Positions 10,683 through 21,975 of a stretch of DNA of 56,855 nucleotides are shown here, in pieces. The stretch lies in contig QPMI01000699.1 of assembly GCA_004431415.1 (NCBI GenBank), forward strand, positions 1-56,855. The letters are read 5' to 3'. The translations under genes were made by a program, and so were the position numbers. The stretch comes from Cyanophora paradoxa CCMP329 (lineage: Eukaryota; Plantae; Glaucophyta). Position 1 is the stretch's first letter, and the number at the start of each line of letters is the position of its first letter. The notes below the pieces were generated by a model. The model ran no database searches and was not told where the DNA came from. It was given only the letters and a program-made list of their open reading frames with translations.

Positions 10683-11486
10683 ATGGACCCCTCTGCGATG
10701 CTGGGCTTCGACGCGCTGGCCGTGGACGGGCCGAACCCGGTGGGGATCCCGCAGCCTCGGAAGAAGGGCCGCCCCGCGAAGGAAGGCAAGGAAAAGGGCG
10801 AGAAGGCGCCGAAGGCCGACAAGACGGCGCTGCCGGGCGACGGGCCCACGGTGCCGCCGACGGCGCCGAGCAAGGGGGCGAGCTTCAGCGTGCAGGAGCA
10901 CATCGAAATGACGAAAAAGAAGGAACAGAGCGTGAAGAAGGCGCTGGGGATCGACCTGCAGGAGAAGCCGCGCGACGAGGCGCAGACGGACGTGGACGAG
11001 AAGAAGCAGGTTCTGCGTCAGATCGCGCAGTACAGGCGCTCGTTCGGGGGCGAGCTAACGTCCACGAAAAAGCTGAGCCTCGCGACGCCGCTGGACGAGC
11101 TGAAGGAAGAGTACGAGGAAATTCAGCGCGAGCTGAGCACGCGGGGTTCGCTGGAGGCGGCGCGCCTCTTTCTGATCGCGGGCATGCACTCGCTGGAGCA
11201 CCTTAACAAAGCGTACGATCCGATCGGCCTGAAGTTAGACGGGCTCGGGCAGGCGACGCTCTCTTCCATGGACCAGGTGCAGCCGATCTTAGAGGAGCTG
11301 GTGATTAAGTACTCGCGCTACGTGACCCTGGGGCCCGAGGCGCGCCTGGGGATGGCCCTTGTGCAGACGGTGCTGGCGGTGCACGCGGCCAACGCGAACC
11401 CGGAGATGATGAAGGAGGTGACGGAGGCGGCGGCCTCGACGGCGGCGGAGCCCAAAGCGGTGGGCGGCAAGTTCAACGGCCTTTGA
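10683..11486 (+). CDS. Conserved NCLDV protein, DUF5767-like
   Basis: LEHLNKAYDPIGLKLDGLG...ILEELVIKY...GPEARLGMAL...AVHAAN resembles the conserved NCLDV pattern E.LN..FDP..KLDG...EEL..KY...PE..L. Confidence 0.7.
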   Translation: MDPSAMLGFDALAVDGPNPVGIPQPRKKGRPAKEGKEKGEKAPKADKTALPGDGPTVPPTAPSKGASFSVQEHIEMTKKKEQSVKKALGIDLQEKPRDEAQTDVDEKKQVLRQIAQYRRSFGGELTSTKKLSLATPLDELKEEYEEIQRELSTRGSLEAARLFLIAGMHSLEHLNKAYDPIGLKLDGLGQATLSSMDQVQPILEELVIKYSRYVTLGPEARLGMALVQTVLAVHAANANPEMMKEVTEAAASTAAEPKAVGGKFNGL

Positions 11487-11540
11487 TTGTAAACGCTTGT
11501 AATCAATTGCACCAGAGAATTTACAATTTATTCGTCTAAA

Positions 11541-12323
11541 CTACTGCATGGGGGTGGTGTACATAGACTCGGGGTTTAGGTAGGGCTCGAAATCGGCCTC
11601 GTTGTCGTAGGGCTTGAAGGCCAGCTCGGGCGTGCGGCCGGCGAAGCGAAAGGCGCCGACCTTGCACTGCTGCACGGCGAGGAAGGACCACTTGAGGCCG
11701 AACTTGCCCTCGGGGATGGCGTAGGCGGTGTCGATTTTAACGAGGGCCGCCACCAGGTCGCCGGTGCCGATGGTGGCGCGCTCGGTGATGAGGTAGTTGG
11801 ACATGTCGACGACGGGCACGGTCTTGCGCTTGCCGGCCATCGTCTGCGTGCGGATGCGCATGTTGAGGTACTTGTAGAAGGCCTGGCCCGACTCCTTGTC
11901 GACCTTGATGCGGACGCTGGGCGTCTGCAGCACCGAGATCTGATCCTTGGAGAGGCTGCGGCCGGGCGAGACCTTGAGCTTGGCCTGGTTCTGCTGCACG
12001 AACTCGCAGAATTTCGCGTCCAGGGCCTCCAGCAGCTTGAGGAATTCGTCCGCGGCTGGGTTCGTCTGGCCGTCGACGGCGCTGAGATCGGTGAGGTCCA
12101 GCGTGTAAAATCCGCCGTTTTCTTCCATGACGAAGGCCTTCTTCTCGTCGCTCCACGCCTTGCCTTGCTCGGTGTTGATGCAGGGGTTGATCGTGACCAT
12201 GGGCGGCGCGTACATCATGAGGCCCTGCAGGCCGTCGTACTTGGCCTTGATGCGGCCGTTGGCATCGATTTCGAAGGCGAGCTTGGCGGGGTCGATCTCG
12301 GTGGCGTTGCGGACGGTGGCCAT
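11541..12323 (-). CDS. ssb: Viral ssDNA-binding protein (T7 gp2.5/DUF2738-like OB fold)
   Basis: YTLDL...FLKLLEALDAKF helix and C-terminal GDLVAALVKIDTAY...KFGLKWSFLAVQ pattern typical of NCLDV SSBs; acidic/aromatic tail. Confidence 0.7.
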   Translation of the reverse strand: MATVRNATEIDPAKLAFEIDANGRIKAKYDGLQGLMMYAPPMVTINPCINTEQGKAWSDEKKAFVMEENGGFYTLDLTDLSAVDGQTNPAADEFLKLLEALDAKFCEFVQQNQAKLKVSPGRSLSKDQISVLQTPSVRIKVDKESGQAFYKYLNMRIRTQTMAGKRKTVPVVDMSNYLITERATIGTGDLVAALVKIDTAYAIPEGKFGLKWSFLAVQQCKVGAFRFAGRTPELAFKPYDNEADFEPYLNPESMYTTPMQ

Positions 12324-12437
12324 GTTGTCTGAGCTTAGTGTGCGATCAGCCTAGCGCTAGAAAATATTTAAGGCCGCCCCACCTGACTTCAGGCTGACCT
12401 CGGGTGAGCGCTCAGGTGATTCAGGTAAAACACGTGT

Positions 12438-12728
12438 TCAATTCGTCTCACTGGGGAGGGGGAGAGCCTCAATCACGGCTACGCGAATATTCGAGAGTCT
12501 AAATCTGGCGCTGGGGCTGGCGACGGCGTACAGGGTGATCTCGTTCTTGGCGGGATTGAGCATGATGTGCTGGAAGCAGTCGCCCTTGCGGCACTCCAGC
12601 GAGATGTTGCGCAGCAGCCTGCAGTAGTTGAAGCAGATCTCGCCGTTCTCGTCGAGATCCTCGTCCATGGCCTCGTACTCGAAGATGCCGAAGGTCAGGC
12701 AGCAGGTCTCGTACTTGGGGGCGCACAT
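12438..12728 (-). CDS. 96-aa hypothetical viral protein
   Basis: Intact ORF (FNYCRLLRNISLECRKGDCFQHI) with strong codon bias. Confidence 0.7.
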   Translation of the reverse strand: MCAPKYETCCLTFGIFEYEAMDEDLDENGEICFNYCRLLRNISLECRKGDCFQHIMLNPAKNEITLYAVASPSARFRLSNIRVAVIEALPLPSETN

Positions 12729-12982
12729 TCTTGATTTCTCTTGGCTGTGAAGTGTGAGCGAGGGCGCGGCGCGGCTGCGGTTTTGAGGCCGTTCAGGTGA
12801 GGGTCAGGTGAGCGCTCACCTGAAGAGGGGGGGAGAAGTGACGCGGACGCGAATACGTCATAGTCGAATACGTCATAGTCCAAAACCTGGACTCGGGACT
12901 TGGCCCAGGCCCCGCCGGTAAAAAAATAAGCTCGGACTTGGCGCCATTTTCTGAACCCCGGCTAGCTGCTTAATCCAGTACC

Positions 12983-13384
12983 ATGGAGCCCGCCATCTCC
13001 CAGCTAGTCTCCCAGGGCGCCAAGCTCGACAAGGCCCTCAGTATCTACCTTCAGCTGATCGAGCTGGCCTGGCCGGAGCCAATGATAGCTCAGGCCTGCA
13101 AATCGCTCCACGTGGCGTTCGATGCGCCGTTCTCAGGTGACCCGACTCAGATGACATCCTGGACCAAGGAGGAGATAAAAGCCGACTTCGAGGCGCTTTT
13201 CTCATTTATGAGCAAGAAGTATGCCGAAATCGAAGCAGCTAAAGCCGCAGCCGCAGCCGAAGACGAAGGCGCAGAAGGCACCGAAGCCTCAGCCGAAGGC
13301 CCTGCCGGCGACGAAGGCACCGAAGTTCAAGGCGCTGGGCCCTCTGCAGAAGGCCAAGGCCAAGGCCGACCTGCTTCCGCGTAG
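12983..13384 (+). CDS. 133-aa hypothetical protein
   Basis: ORF with helical N-terminus; ATTTTCTG motif at ~12946. Confidence 0.55.
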   Translation: MEPAISQLVSQGAKLDKALSIYLQLIELAWPEPMIAQACKSLHVAFDAPFSGDPTQMTSWTKEEIKADFEALFSFMSKKYAEIEAAKAAAAAEDEGAEGTEASAEGPAGDEGTEVQGAGPSAEGQGQGRPASA

Positions 13385-13649
13385 GCCCAAGGACATAGCC
13401 AAGGAGGCCAGCAGCCACAGGCCCGACTGGCCGGCGCCGGCGCCCTACCGCTACCTCAAGCTGGACAAGCGCAACGATACCGGCTTCACCAGGAGGAGGT
13501 GGCCTGAGCCCCTTCGGTGGCTGAAGCCAAGGGAGATCAAGTCTGGAGGCGGTATCGAGCTAGCGCTAGCGCTAGGAGGAGGCGGTGCAGACTTAGAGGA
13601 GCAGGCGCTGCTAGATACCATCAACTTGGGCAGGGTAGAGCTGAGCTAG
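13221..13649 (+). CDS. 142-aa Lys/Pro-rich basic protein overlapping the previous ORF
   Basis: ORF track: MPKSKQLKPQPQPKTKAQKAPK... Confidence 0.45.
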   Translation: MPKSKQLKPQPQPKTKAQKAPKPQPKALPATKAPKFKALGPLQKAKAKADLLPRRPKDIAKEASSHRPDWPAPAPYRYLKLDKRNDTGFTRRRWPEPLRWLKPREIKSGGGIELALALGGGGADLEEQALLDTINLGRVELS

Positions 13650-14281
13650 CTAGCTGGTATCGATATCTAGCTAGCCTAGCGCTAGCCCAGTGCTTAATTA
13701 ATTAACTGAAAGGTTGCGGAGGTTGCGGACGCGTCACAAATACGTCATAGTCGAATACGTCATAGTCCAAAACCTGGACTCGGGACTCGGCCCGGGCCCC
13801 GCCGGTAAAAAAAAGAGACTTGAACAAAAACACCGTACCCCGGTATTTAACTTGAAATCATCATGACATCATGTTCAAGTTGCTATGACATTAACTACAT
13901 TCAAAAGCAATGAATGCAATAGTATTATTATTATACTAAGTATTATTATTATTATAATAGGGGTACAGTATTATTATTTGAAACTTGGCGAGAGTCTGGG
14001 CCCAGGTCCCAAGTCCAGGTTTTGGACTATGACGTATTCGACTATGACGTATTCGGACGCGTCACTTCTCCCCCTACTCAGCTGAACCAGCGGGGGGTAG
14101 AGATGATGGCGCCAAGTCCGAGTCTATTTTTTTACCGGCAGGGCCCGGGCCGAGTCCCGAGTCCAGGTTTTGGACTATGACGTATTCGACTATGACGTAT
14201 TCGCGTCCGCGTCACTTCTCCCCCCTCCTACGTTCGCAGCCGCCGGGCACCTCCCACAATTTTCCGAGGTACCCAGCAAGC

Positions 14282-14572
14282 ATGGACTTTACTGACTGCG
14301 CAGGTATCAAGCAGGAGCCCGAGGACCTTCTCTCCGCCGCCGCCGCCTCCGCCCCCAAGCAGCGCCGCCGCCGCGGGCCCAAGTCCCTCAGCTCCGAGCC
14401 CGAGATCCTGGCGACGCCGGCCCGCGAGCCAGAGACCGTGGACTTGACCCTGGAGGAGCCCGCGCGCGGCCCGCCCCGCCTCCTGATCCTGGCCGCGGCG
14501 GCCGCGGCGCTCTACTACGCGGCCCGGCGCCTGGGCCCGCAGCTCTCGGGCCTGGCCCGGAACCTTTTCTAA
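14282..14572 (+). CDS. Small protein with C-terminal transmembrane segment
   Basis: MDFTDCAG...RLLILAAAAAALYYAARR; AATTTTCC motif upstream. Confidence 0.6.
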   Translation: MDFTDCAGIKQEPEDLLSAAAASAPKQRRRRGPKSLSSEPEILATPAREPETVDLTLEEPARGPPRLLILAAAAAALYYAARRLGPQLSGLARNLF

Positions 14573-15304
14573 GTCTTGCCCAATGGAGGCCCTGCTAGAT
14601 CTCATGGCCTTTGCGCTGCCCATCTTCTTCCTAGTGGGCCTCAGCCGCATGGAGCGCGAGGCGCGCCAGCCCGAGCGCGTCGAGCGCGGCCTCACCCCCG
14701 AAGAGCAGCGCTACCCCGGCACTTTTGGCTCACCCACGCATTGCGTCGAAATTTGAGTCATTTTTCGACGCAGTGCTCCGAAATTTCACGCAATGCTTGA
14801 AAATGCGTCGGGGTTTCAAGCAGCGCTTGAAACCCCACGCAGTGCGACGCAGCTGCCCGAAACTTCGAAGCACCGCGACTGCGCCAAATTCCCACTGCGT
14901 CTGGCTGCGTCGAGCGATGCAGCCTGGCAGCGCTAGCAGGCGTATCCTATAGCTAGTACTAGTAGCTCGTAACCCATGCGGATTGCGGATTCAATGATTG
15001 CAGCGCGCGCGCTCGGGATCCACTGGGGCAGATCCGAGTGCGCGGGCGGATTGCAGCGCGCGCGCGGCTGTACCAGTACCGCAGTACTAGTATATACGTA
15101 TACGTACGTGCATGCTTAGTTTGCTCGCGCTTCTGGGCCGCTGGGCCGCGGCCGGGCCACAGCGGCGACAGGCCCGTGGCCAGCTATTGTGAATCCGTGG
15201 CATGCGCTGTTCATAAAAAGATGATGAACTGGAAGTATACAGGCTGTCCGGGATCCGAAATCTATCCCACGCACCAGCCCCTGAAGCCCGAATCCGAGCG
15301 CTAG

Positions 15305-17815
15305 CTAGTTGCCGAGAAAACGAAAACTAACTGCAATCAGCTGCCGAACAGCGGGTAGTGCTGCTGTCCTGCCTGCAGCATCGTCCGCCGGCGGCACAGG
15401 CAGAATGCGCCCTCGCCGCACTCGCTGCGGCAAGTCACCGCGCTCGCTGCGCTCAGAATAAGCGGACTCCTAGCTTAAAGAGAGAAGTGGGAAGCAAGGG
15501 GACGTCTGCGCACCGAGGAGAGGGTAGCAGTCCCGCTTCCTCCGCATCCAGCATCCCTTGCCCGTGCCCGACGTCGAAGGCAGAGCGCTCGCTGCGCACG
15601 GAGAGGAATGTCAATCTAATGAAAAGAGAATGCGCGCCGATTAACAGACCGCACCTGCGGCCGAGCGCCCACACCATGGACTGGAAGAGCGCCTCCTCTG
15701 GCCAAAAGGGCGGAGGCGTTGATGGCGCTCGCCGCGCTGCGGCATCACGGTCAGCGCGCGGATCGAACGAAGATAAGCGAGTGGTGACCGGCAAACGGAC
15801 CGCTGTGCACCACAGCAGGGTGAGTGAGCAGCAGGCCGGCTCGCGCCGCGTCCGGGCCGGTCCGGCATCCCTCGACCGCGATGCCGAAGCTGCGTTCGGA
15901 GCGTCAACCGAAAGAAGAGAAGAATGCGCGCCGGCAAACGACCGCACCTGCCGCACCTGCGCCCCAGCGGCCGCAAGCACAAGAACTCCGAGGCCGCGGC
16001 CGTCCAGAAGCCACGCGTCCGAGAACGGCACCCGCTCCGCTGCGCACGCGGCCGGCGTCACAAAAACATCAACGCGAGAGTAGCGGAAACAAGAGCGAGC
16101 ACCTGGCCTGCGGGAGAAGACGCTAGGCGAACTGGATGGTGGTGCTCTGCTCGCGCGGGCCAGTCACCCCGTTCCCTGGACCGCCAGCGGAATGAGGGAT
16201 TGGGGCAAAGGAGATGAAACGAAAAAGCACCTTGCTTCGCATCGGCAGCCGCCTTCTCCTTTTTGCGCGAGCCGACCAAAAGAAGGAACACTTGGCGGCG
16301 GCGGCCGGGCTAAGAATGCAGATCAAGGGCGCTTGAAGAGGCAAGAACGACGCGTACACGAGCGCTCTTCGCCACGAGCGGGCGCCCGCCGCCCTGGGCA
16401 GCGCTCTGCTTTTGAAATCAGGCCGGCGACAGGCGGGGGACGCGAGAGGATGCAAGTAGGCACCTTCGAACGTCGTTCGCGCTCGAGGCTCGTCAAGTTC
16501 GCGGCAGCTGTGCGGACTCCGTTTGACCTGTTTGAAATTGTGGAGTAAGGGAGACCAGGATGCGCTGCGGTGGAGAGCCCAGCGCCGACGCACCGAGATT
16601 GCATTGCGTCCCGTGCTGGAGGCCGCAGCCAGTTCTTGCCCTGCGTGCTCTTCAAAGTGCAAGGCCGGAATTCGGGGTACACAGCTGTTGGGCGAAAGCG
16701 GCAGCGACACCAACAGCGATATCGATCGAGGATGCTTGAGGACGCCCTTCGGCTCAGCTTTCCGAGGAAGCCTGAGCGGTCCCATGCTCCTTCGCAGCTC
16801 GCTCGGCCGCGGTGCCGAGCACGTTGGCGGAAGCTCGCAGATGCGGCGCGCGGCCCTTTCGTTAGCTATAGCTAGGCGCATGTGGCCCGTGTTCTCGCAG
16901 CTGCATGTCTATGCCCTGGCGTGGCCGTGTTTCCGTGCGGCGCCGCGTTCACGGCCTGCCTTCCTCCCACAAACCGACGACGTGCGTCTATGCCGTGCCC
17001 TCCGCGTTCCACGCGTGACGTACAGCTCACTCGATTTCGCAGGGATCGCCGGCGGTGAGCCCCGTCGGCCCAGTTGGTTGGCCCTGCGCCCAAGCCGAGC
17101 CAAGGTGCGGCTACCGCCTGGACGGGGTGCGGGATCAGACGGGCTGCATCCCGTTTCTCGCTGTTGATCTCTCCTTCGTAGCGGGCGATGGCGTGCCGGC
17201 AAGCTGCTGGGCGGCGATCGCGCCCTGCCGAGCGCGTCGCCATCGCCGGGGTGGGCCACCGGACCATAGCTTTGCGTCAGCGGCGCGCGAACGCATGTCT
17301 CACGATTCTTGCTTGCGTTCCAGGCGCTGGATCGCGCGCGCCGTCTCCAGGCTCCGAATTCTGGACCCCTCTTCCACAGCTTGGTGAGGCTCAGGCCTAG
17401 ACGAGGTGAGTTGAGCGGTCTGTGTGCGTACGCGTCGCTGACAAGGCGCTCCTGTCGCGCAGGATGATCGAGTCCCGGGGCGATGGTCGGAGGGAGCGGA
17501 GGGCGGCAGCATGGATTGCACGGCGGGGCGTAGGATCGGCGGGCGGCGGCCCGGGGCGCACGCCTCGCGCGCCGCCGGCTGCCCGCCCGCCCCGGCCCGC
17601 CCCGGCGCCGTCGCTTCGCCCGCCCCGGCGCCTTCGCCCCGCTCCGCCCCGTCGCTTTCGCCCCGCCCCGCAGAGTCGGTGCGCCGTGCTGAGCGCCCTG
17701 CCCGGCACAGCCCGGCCTGCCTGCTGCTGACGCCCTCGCAGCTCTCGAGGATTTTGAATTTTCGGGGCGTCCCGCTGCCGCGGGAGAGGATCTTCGAGCG
17801 CCCCGCCGCCCCCGC
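15305..17815 (+). repeat. Left internal inverted arm (~2.5 kb) of the foldback element
   Basis: Reverse complement of ~22893-25294, with scattered substitutions and indels. Confidence 0.9.
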
Positions 17816-17849
17816 CGTCCTCAGGGGACAGCGCCGGGGGTCGCGGAAG

Positions 17850-18240
17850 CTCAGCAGGCGGCGGCGCGGCTCACCTGGCGGGGCGGAGGCGCGGCGGGCG
17901 GCGGCACGGCTCGCCGGAGGGCGGCGGCGCGGCGGGCGGCGCGCAGCTCGCCGGGCGGGGCGAGGGTGCGGCGGGCGGCGGCGAAGCTCGGCGGGCGGGG
18001 CGCGGGAGCGGCGGGCGGCGGCGCGGCTCGCCAGGCGGGGCGGAGGCGCGGCGGGCGGCGCCGCGGCTCGCGGGGCGGGGCGGAGGCGCAGCGTGCTGCG
18101 GCCCGGCTCGCCGCACGGGGTGGAGGCGCGGCTGGCGGCGGCGAGGCTCGCCAGGGGGGCGGAGGCGCAGCAGGCGGACAGGACGGCAGGCGCGGCGGGC
18201 GGCGGCGTGGCTCGCGGGGCGCCGCGGTGGCGCGACGCGG
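17850..18240. repeat. GC-rich degenerate short tandem repeat; inverted counterpart at ~22020-22650
   Basis: Units like GGCGGAGGCGCGGCGGGCGGCGGCGCGGCTCGCC. Confidence 0.75.
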
Positions 18241-18295
18241 CTTCGATTCGTGATCACTGATCATGAGCGTGATGATCTCTTGTCATTCAATTTAA

Positions 18296-21200
18296 ACAGA
18301 TCCGAGGCTGCGCTGCCCTGCAACTTGGCACAAATGAAGTGTTGGCAATTGGGGCCCACTATTGCTTGGCGAGGCACCAGCACCTTTTCAGCGCTTGCCA
18401 CTATTAAAATCAAATCTAGCGCCTTTGATATAGTCCAGGTACGCTTCTCCAGTCAGTGAAAAGGCCGGGATCTTTTCCTGGCTTCATGATCAATTCTCAT
18501 GATCATCATGAACACTGCATGCATGGGTGCTCAGATCCTCACTGCGAGCCAAATTGAAACTCGGGGCCCATATTGCATACGCCCGCGAGCATGCTGTTGG
18601 GGTTCTCGAGGGCGCTGGATTTGATTATGAAGTCGGTTGAAGACAGATCCGAGGCTGCGCTGCCCTGCAACTTGGCACAAATGAAGTGTTGGCAATTGGG
18701 GCCCACTATTGCTTGGCGAGGCACCAGCACCTATTCAGCGCTTGCCACTATTAAAATCAAATCTAGCGCCTTTGATATAGTCCAGGTACGCTTCTCCAGT
18801 CAGTGAAACGGCCGGGATCTTTTCCTGGCTTCATGATCAATTCTCATGATCATCATGAACACTGCATGCATGGGTGCTCAGATCCTCACTGCGAGCCAAT
18901 TGCAAATTGAAACTCGGGGCCCATATTGCATACGCCCGCGAGCATGCTGTTGGGGGTTCTCGAGGGCGCTGGATTTGATTATGAAGTCGGTTGAAGACAG
19001 ATCCGAGGCTGCGCTGCCCTGCAACTTGGCACAAATGAAGTGTTGGCAATTGGGGCCCACTATTGCTTGGCGAGGCACCAGCACCTTTTCAGCGCTTGCC
19101 ACTATTAAAATCAAATCTAGCGCCTTTGATATAGTCCAGGTACGCTTCTCCAGTCAGTGAAAAGGCCGGGATCTTTTCCTGGCTTCATGATCAATTCTCA
19201 TGATCATCATGAACACTGCATGCATGGGTGCTCAGATCCTCACTGCGAGCCAAATTGAAACTCGGGGCCCATATTGCATACGCCCGCGAGCATGCTGTTG
19301 GGGGTTCTCGAGGGCGCTGGATTTGATTATGAAGTTGGTTTAAGACAGATCCGAGGCTGCGCTGCCCTGCAACTTGGCACAAATGAAGTGTTGGCAATTG
19401 GGGCCCACTATTGCTTGGCGAGGCACCAGCACCTTTTCAGCGCTTGCCACTATTAAAATCAAATCTAGCGCCTTTGATATAGTCCAGGTACGCTTCTCCA
19501 GTCAGTGAAAAGGCCGGGATCTTTTCCTGGCTTCATGATCAATTCTCATGATCATCATGAACACTGCATGCATGGGTGCTCAGATCCTCACTGCGAGCCA
19601 AATTGAAACTCGGGGCCCACATTGCATACGCCCGCGAGCATGCTGTTGGGGGTTCTCGAGGGCGCTGGATTTGATTATGAAGTCGGTTGAAGACAGATCC
19701 GAGGCTGCGCTGCCCTGCAACTTGGCACAAATGAAGTGTTGGCAATTGGGGCCCACTATTGCTTGGCGAGGCACCAGCACCTTTTCAGCGCTTGCCACTA
19801 TCAAAATCAAATCTAGCGCCTTTGATATAGTCCAGGTACGCTTCTCCAGTCAGTGAAAAGGCCGGGATCTTTTCCTGGCTTCATGATCAATTCTCATGAT
19901 CATCATGAACACTGCATGCATGGGTGCTCAGATCCTCACTGCGAGCCAAATTGAAACTCGGGGCCCATATTGCATACGCCCGCGAGCATGCTGTTGGGGG
20001 TTCTCGAGGGCGCTGGATTTGATTATGAAGTCGGTTGAAGACAGATCCGAGGCTGCGCTGCCCTGCAACTTGGCACAAATGAAGTGTTGGCAATTGGGGC
20101 CCACTATTGCTTGGCGAGGCACCAGCACCTTTTCAGCGCTTGCCACTATCAAAATCAAATCTAGCGCCTTTGATATAGTCCAGGTACGCTTCTCCAGTCA
20201 GTGAAAAGGCCGGGATCTTTTCCTGGCTTCATGATCAATTCTCATGATCATCATGAACACTGCATGCATGGGTGCTCAGATCCTCACTGCGAGCCAAATT
20301 GAAACTCGGGCCCATATTGCATACGCCCGCGAGCATGCTGTTGGGGGTTCTCGAGGGCGCTGGATTTGATTATGAAGTCGGTTGAAGACAGATCCGAGGC
20401 TGCGCTGCCCTGCAACTTGGCACAAATGAAGTGTTGGCAATTGGGGCCCACTATTGCTTGGCGAGGCACCAGCACCTATTCAGCGCTTGCCACTATTAAA
20501 ATCAAATCTAGCGCCTTTGATATAGTCCAGGTACGCTTCTCCAGTCAGTGAAACGGCCGGGATCTTTTCCTGGCTTCATGATCAATTCTCATGATCATCA
20601 TGAACACTGCATGCATGGGTGCTCAGATCCTCACTGCGAGCCAATTGCAAATTGAAACTCGGGGCCCATATTGCATACGCCCGCGAGCATGCTGTTGGGG
20701 GTTCTCGAGGGCGCTGGATTTGATTATGAAGTCGGTTGAAGACAGATCCGAGGCTGCGCTGCCCTGCAACTTGGCACAAATGAAGTGTTGGCAATTGGGG
20801 CCCACTATTGCTTGGCGAGGCACCAGCACCTTTTCAGCGCTTGCCACTATTAAAATCAAATCTAGCGCCTTTGATATAGTCCAGGTACGCTTCTCCAGTC
20901 AGTGAAAAGGCCGGGATCTTTTCCTGGCTTCATGATCAATTCTCATGATCATCATGAACACTGCATGCATGGGTGCTCAGATCCTCACTGCGAGCCAAAT
21001 TGAAACTCGGGGCCCACATTGCATACGCCCGCGAGCATGCTGTTGGGGGTTCTCGAGGGCGCTGGATTTGATTATGAAGTCGGTTGAAGACAGATCCGAG
21101 GCTGCGCTGCCCTGCAACTTGGCACAAATGAAGTGTTGGCAATTGGGGCCCACTATTGCTTGGCGAGGCACCAGCACCTTTTCAGCGCTTGCCACTATTA

Positions 21201-21975
21201 AAATCAAATCTAGCGCCTTTGATATAGTCCAGGTACGCTTCTCCAGTCAGTGAAAAGGCCGGGATCTTTTCCTGGCTTCATGATCAATTCTCATGATCAT
21301 CATGAACACTGCATGCATGGGTGCTCAGATCCTCACTGCGAGCCAAATTGAAACTCGGGGCCCACATTGCATACGCCCGCGAGCATGCTGTTGGGGGTTC
21401 TCGAGGGCGCTGGATTTGATTATGAAGTCGGTTGAAGACAGATCCGAGGCTGCGCTGCCCTGCAACTTGGCACAAATGAAGTGTTGGCAATTGGGGCCCA
21501 CTATTGCTTGGCGAGGCACCAGCACCTTTTCAGCGCTTGCCACTATTAAAATCAAATCTAGCGCCTTTGATATAGTCCAGGTACGCTTCTCCAGTCAGTG
21601 AAAAGGCCGGGATCTTTTCCTGGCTTCATGATCAATTCTCATGATCATCATGAACACTGCATGCACTGCGGCATGGGTGCTCAGATCCTCACTGCGAGCC
21701 AAATTGAAACTCGGGGCCCATATTGCATACGCCCGCGAGCATGCTGTTGGGGGTTCTCGAGGGCGCTGGATTTGATTATGAAGTCGGTTGAAGACAGATC
21801 CGAGGCTGCGCTGCCCTGCAACTTGGCACAAATGAAGTGTTGGCAATTGGGGCCCACTATTGCTTGGCGAGGTACAAGCACCTTTTCAGCGCTTGCCACT
21901 ATCAAAATCAATTCTAGCGTTTTTGATATAGCCTAGATACGCTTCTCCAGTCAGTGAAAAGGCCGGGATCTTTGC
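18296..21975 (+). repeat. Tandem array of a ~348-bp unit, ~10.5 copies
   Basis: Unit starts (ACAGATCCGAGG) at ~18296, 18643, 18997, 19345, 19693, 20041, 20388, 20742, 21090, 21438, 21794. Confidence 0.97.

Larger units (their letters stand above)
12830..14225. repeat. Four copies of a ~80-120-bp repeat, each with 2x GAATACGTCATAGTC, arranged forward-forward / AT-rich core / reverse-reverse; putative origin or joined termini
   Basis: Copies at ~12830-12947 and 13726-13814 (forward), 13996-14075 and 14106-14225 (reverse complement); AT-rich tract at ~13845-13985. Confidence 0.85.

Noticed and set aside
13836-13965. TACCCC...GGGGTA resembling a mini copy of the transposon ends within the AT core
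   Set aside because: Only 6-8 bp match and there is no flanking TSD.
14712-14713. Reading the transposon as having a TA target-site duplication (Tc1/mariner)
   Set aside because: The TA model does not restore the interrupted ORF, whereas the 6-bp CAGCGC duplication does.
18296-21975. CRISPR array or rDNA/5S interpretation of the tandem array
   Set aside because: No unique spacers, the unit is far too long for CRISPR, and there is no recognisable rRNA/tRNA sequence.
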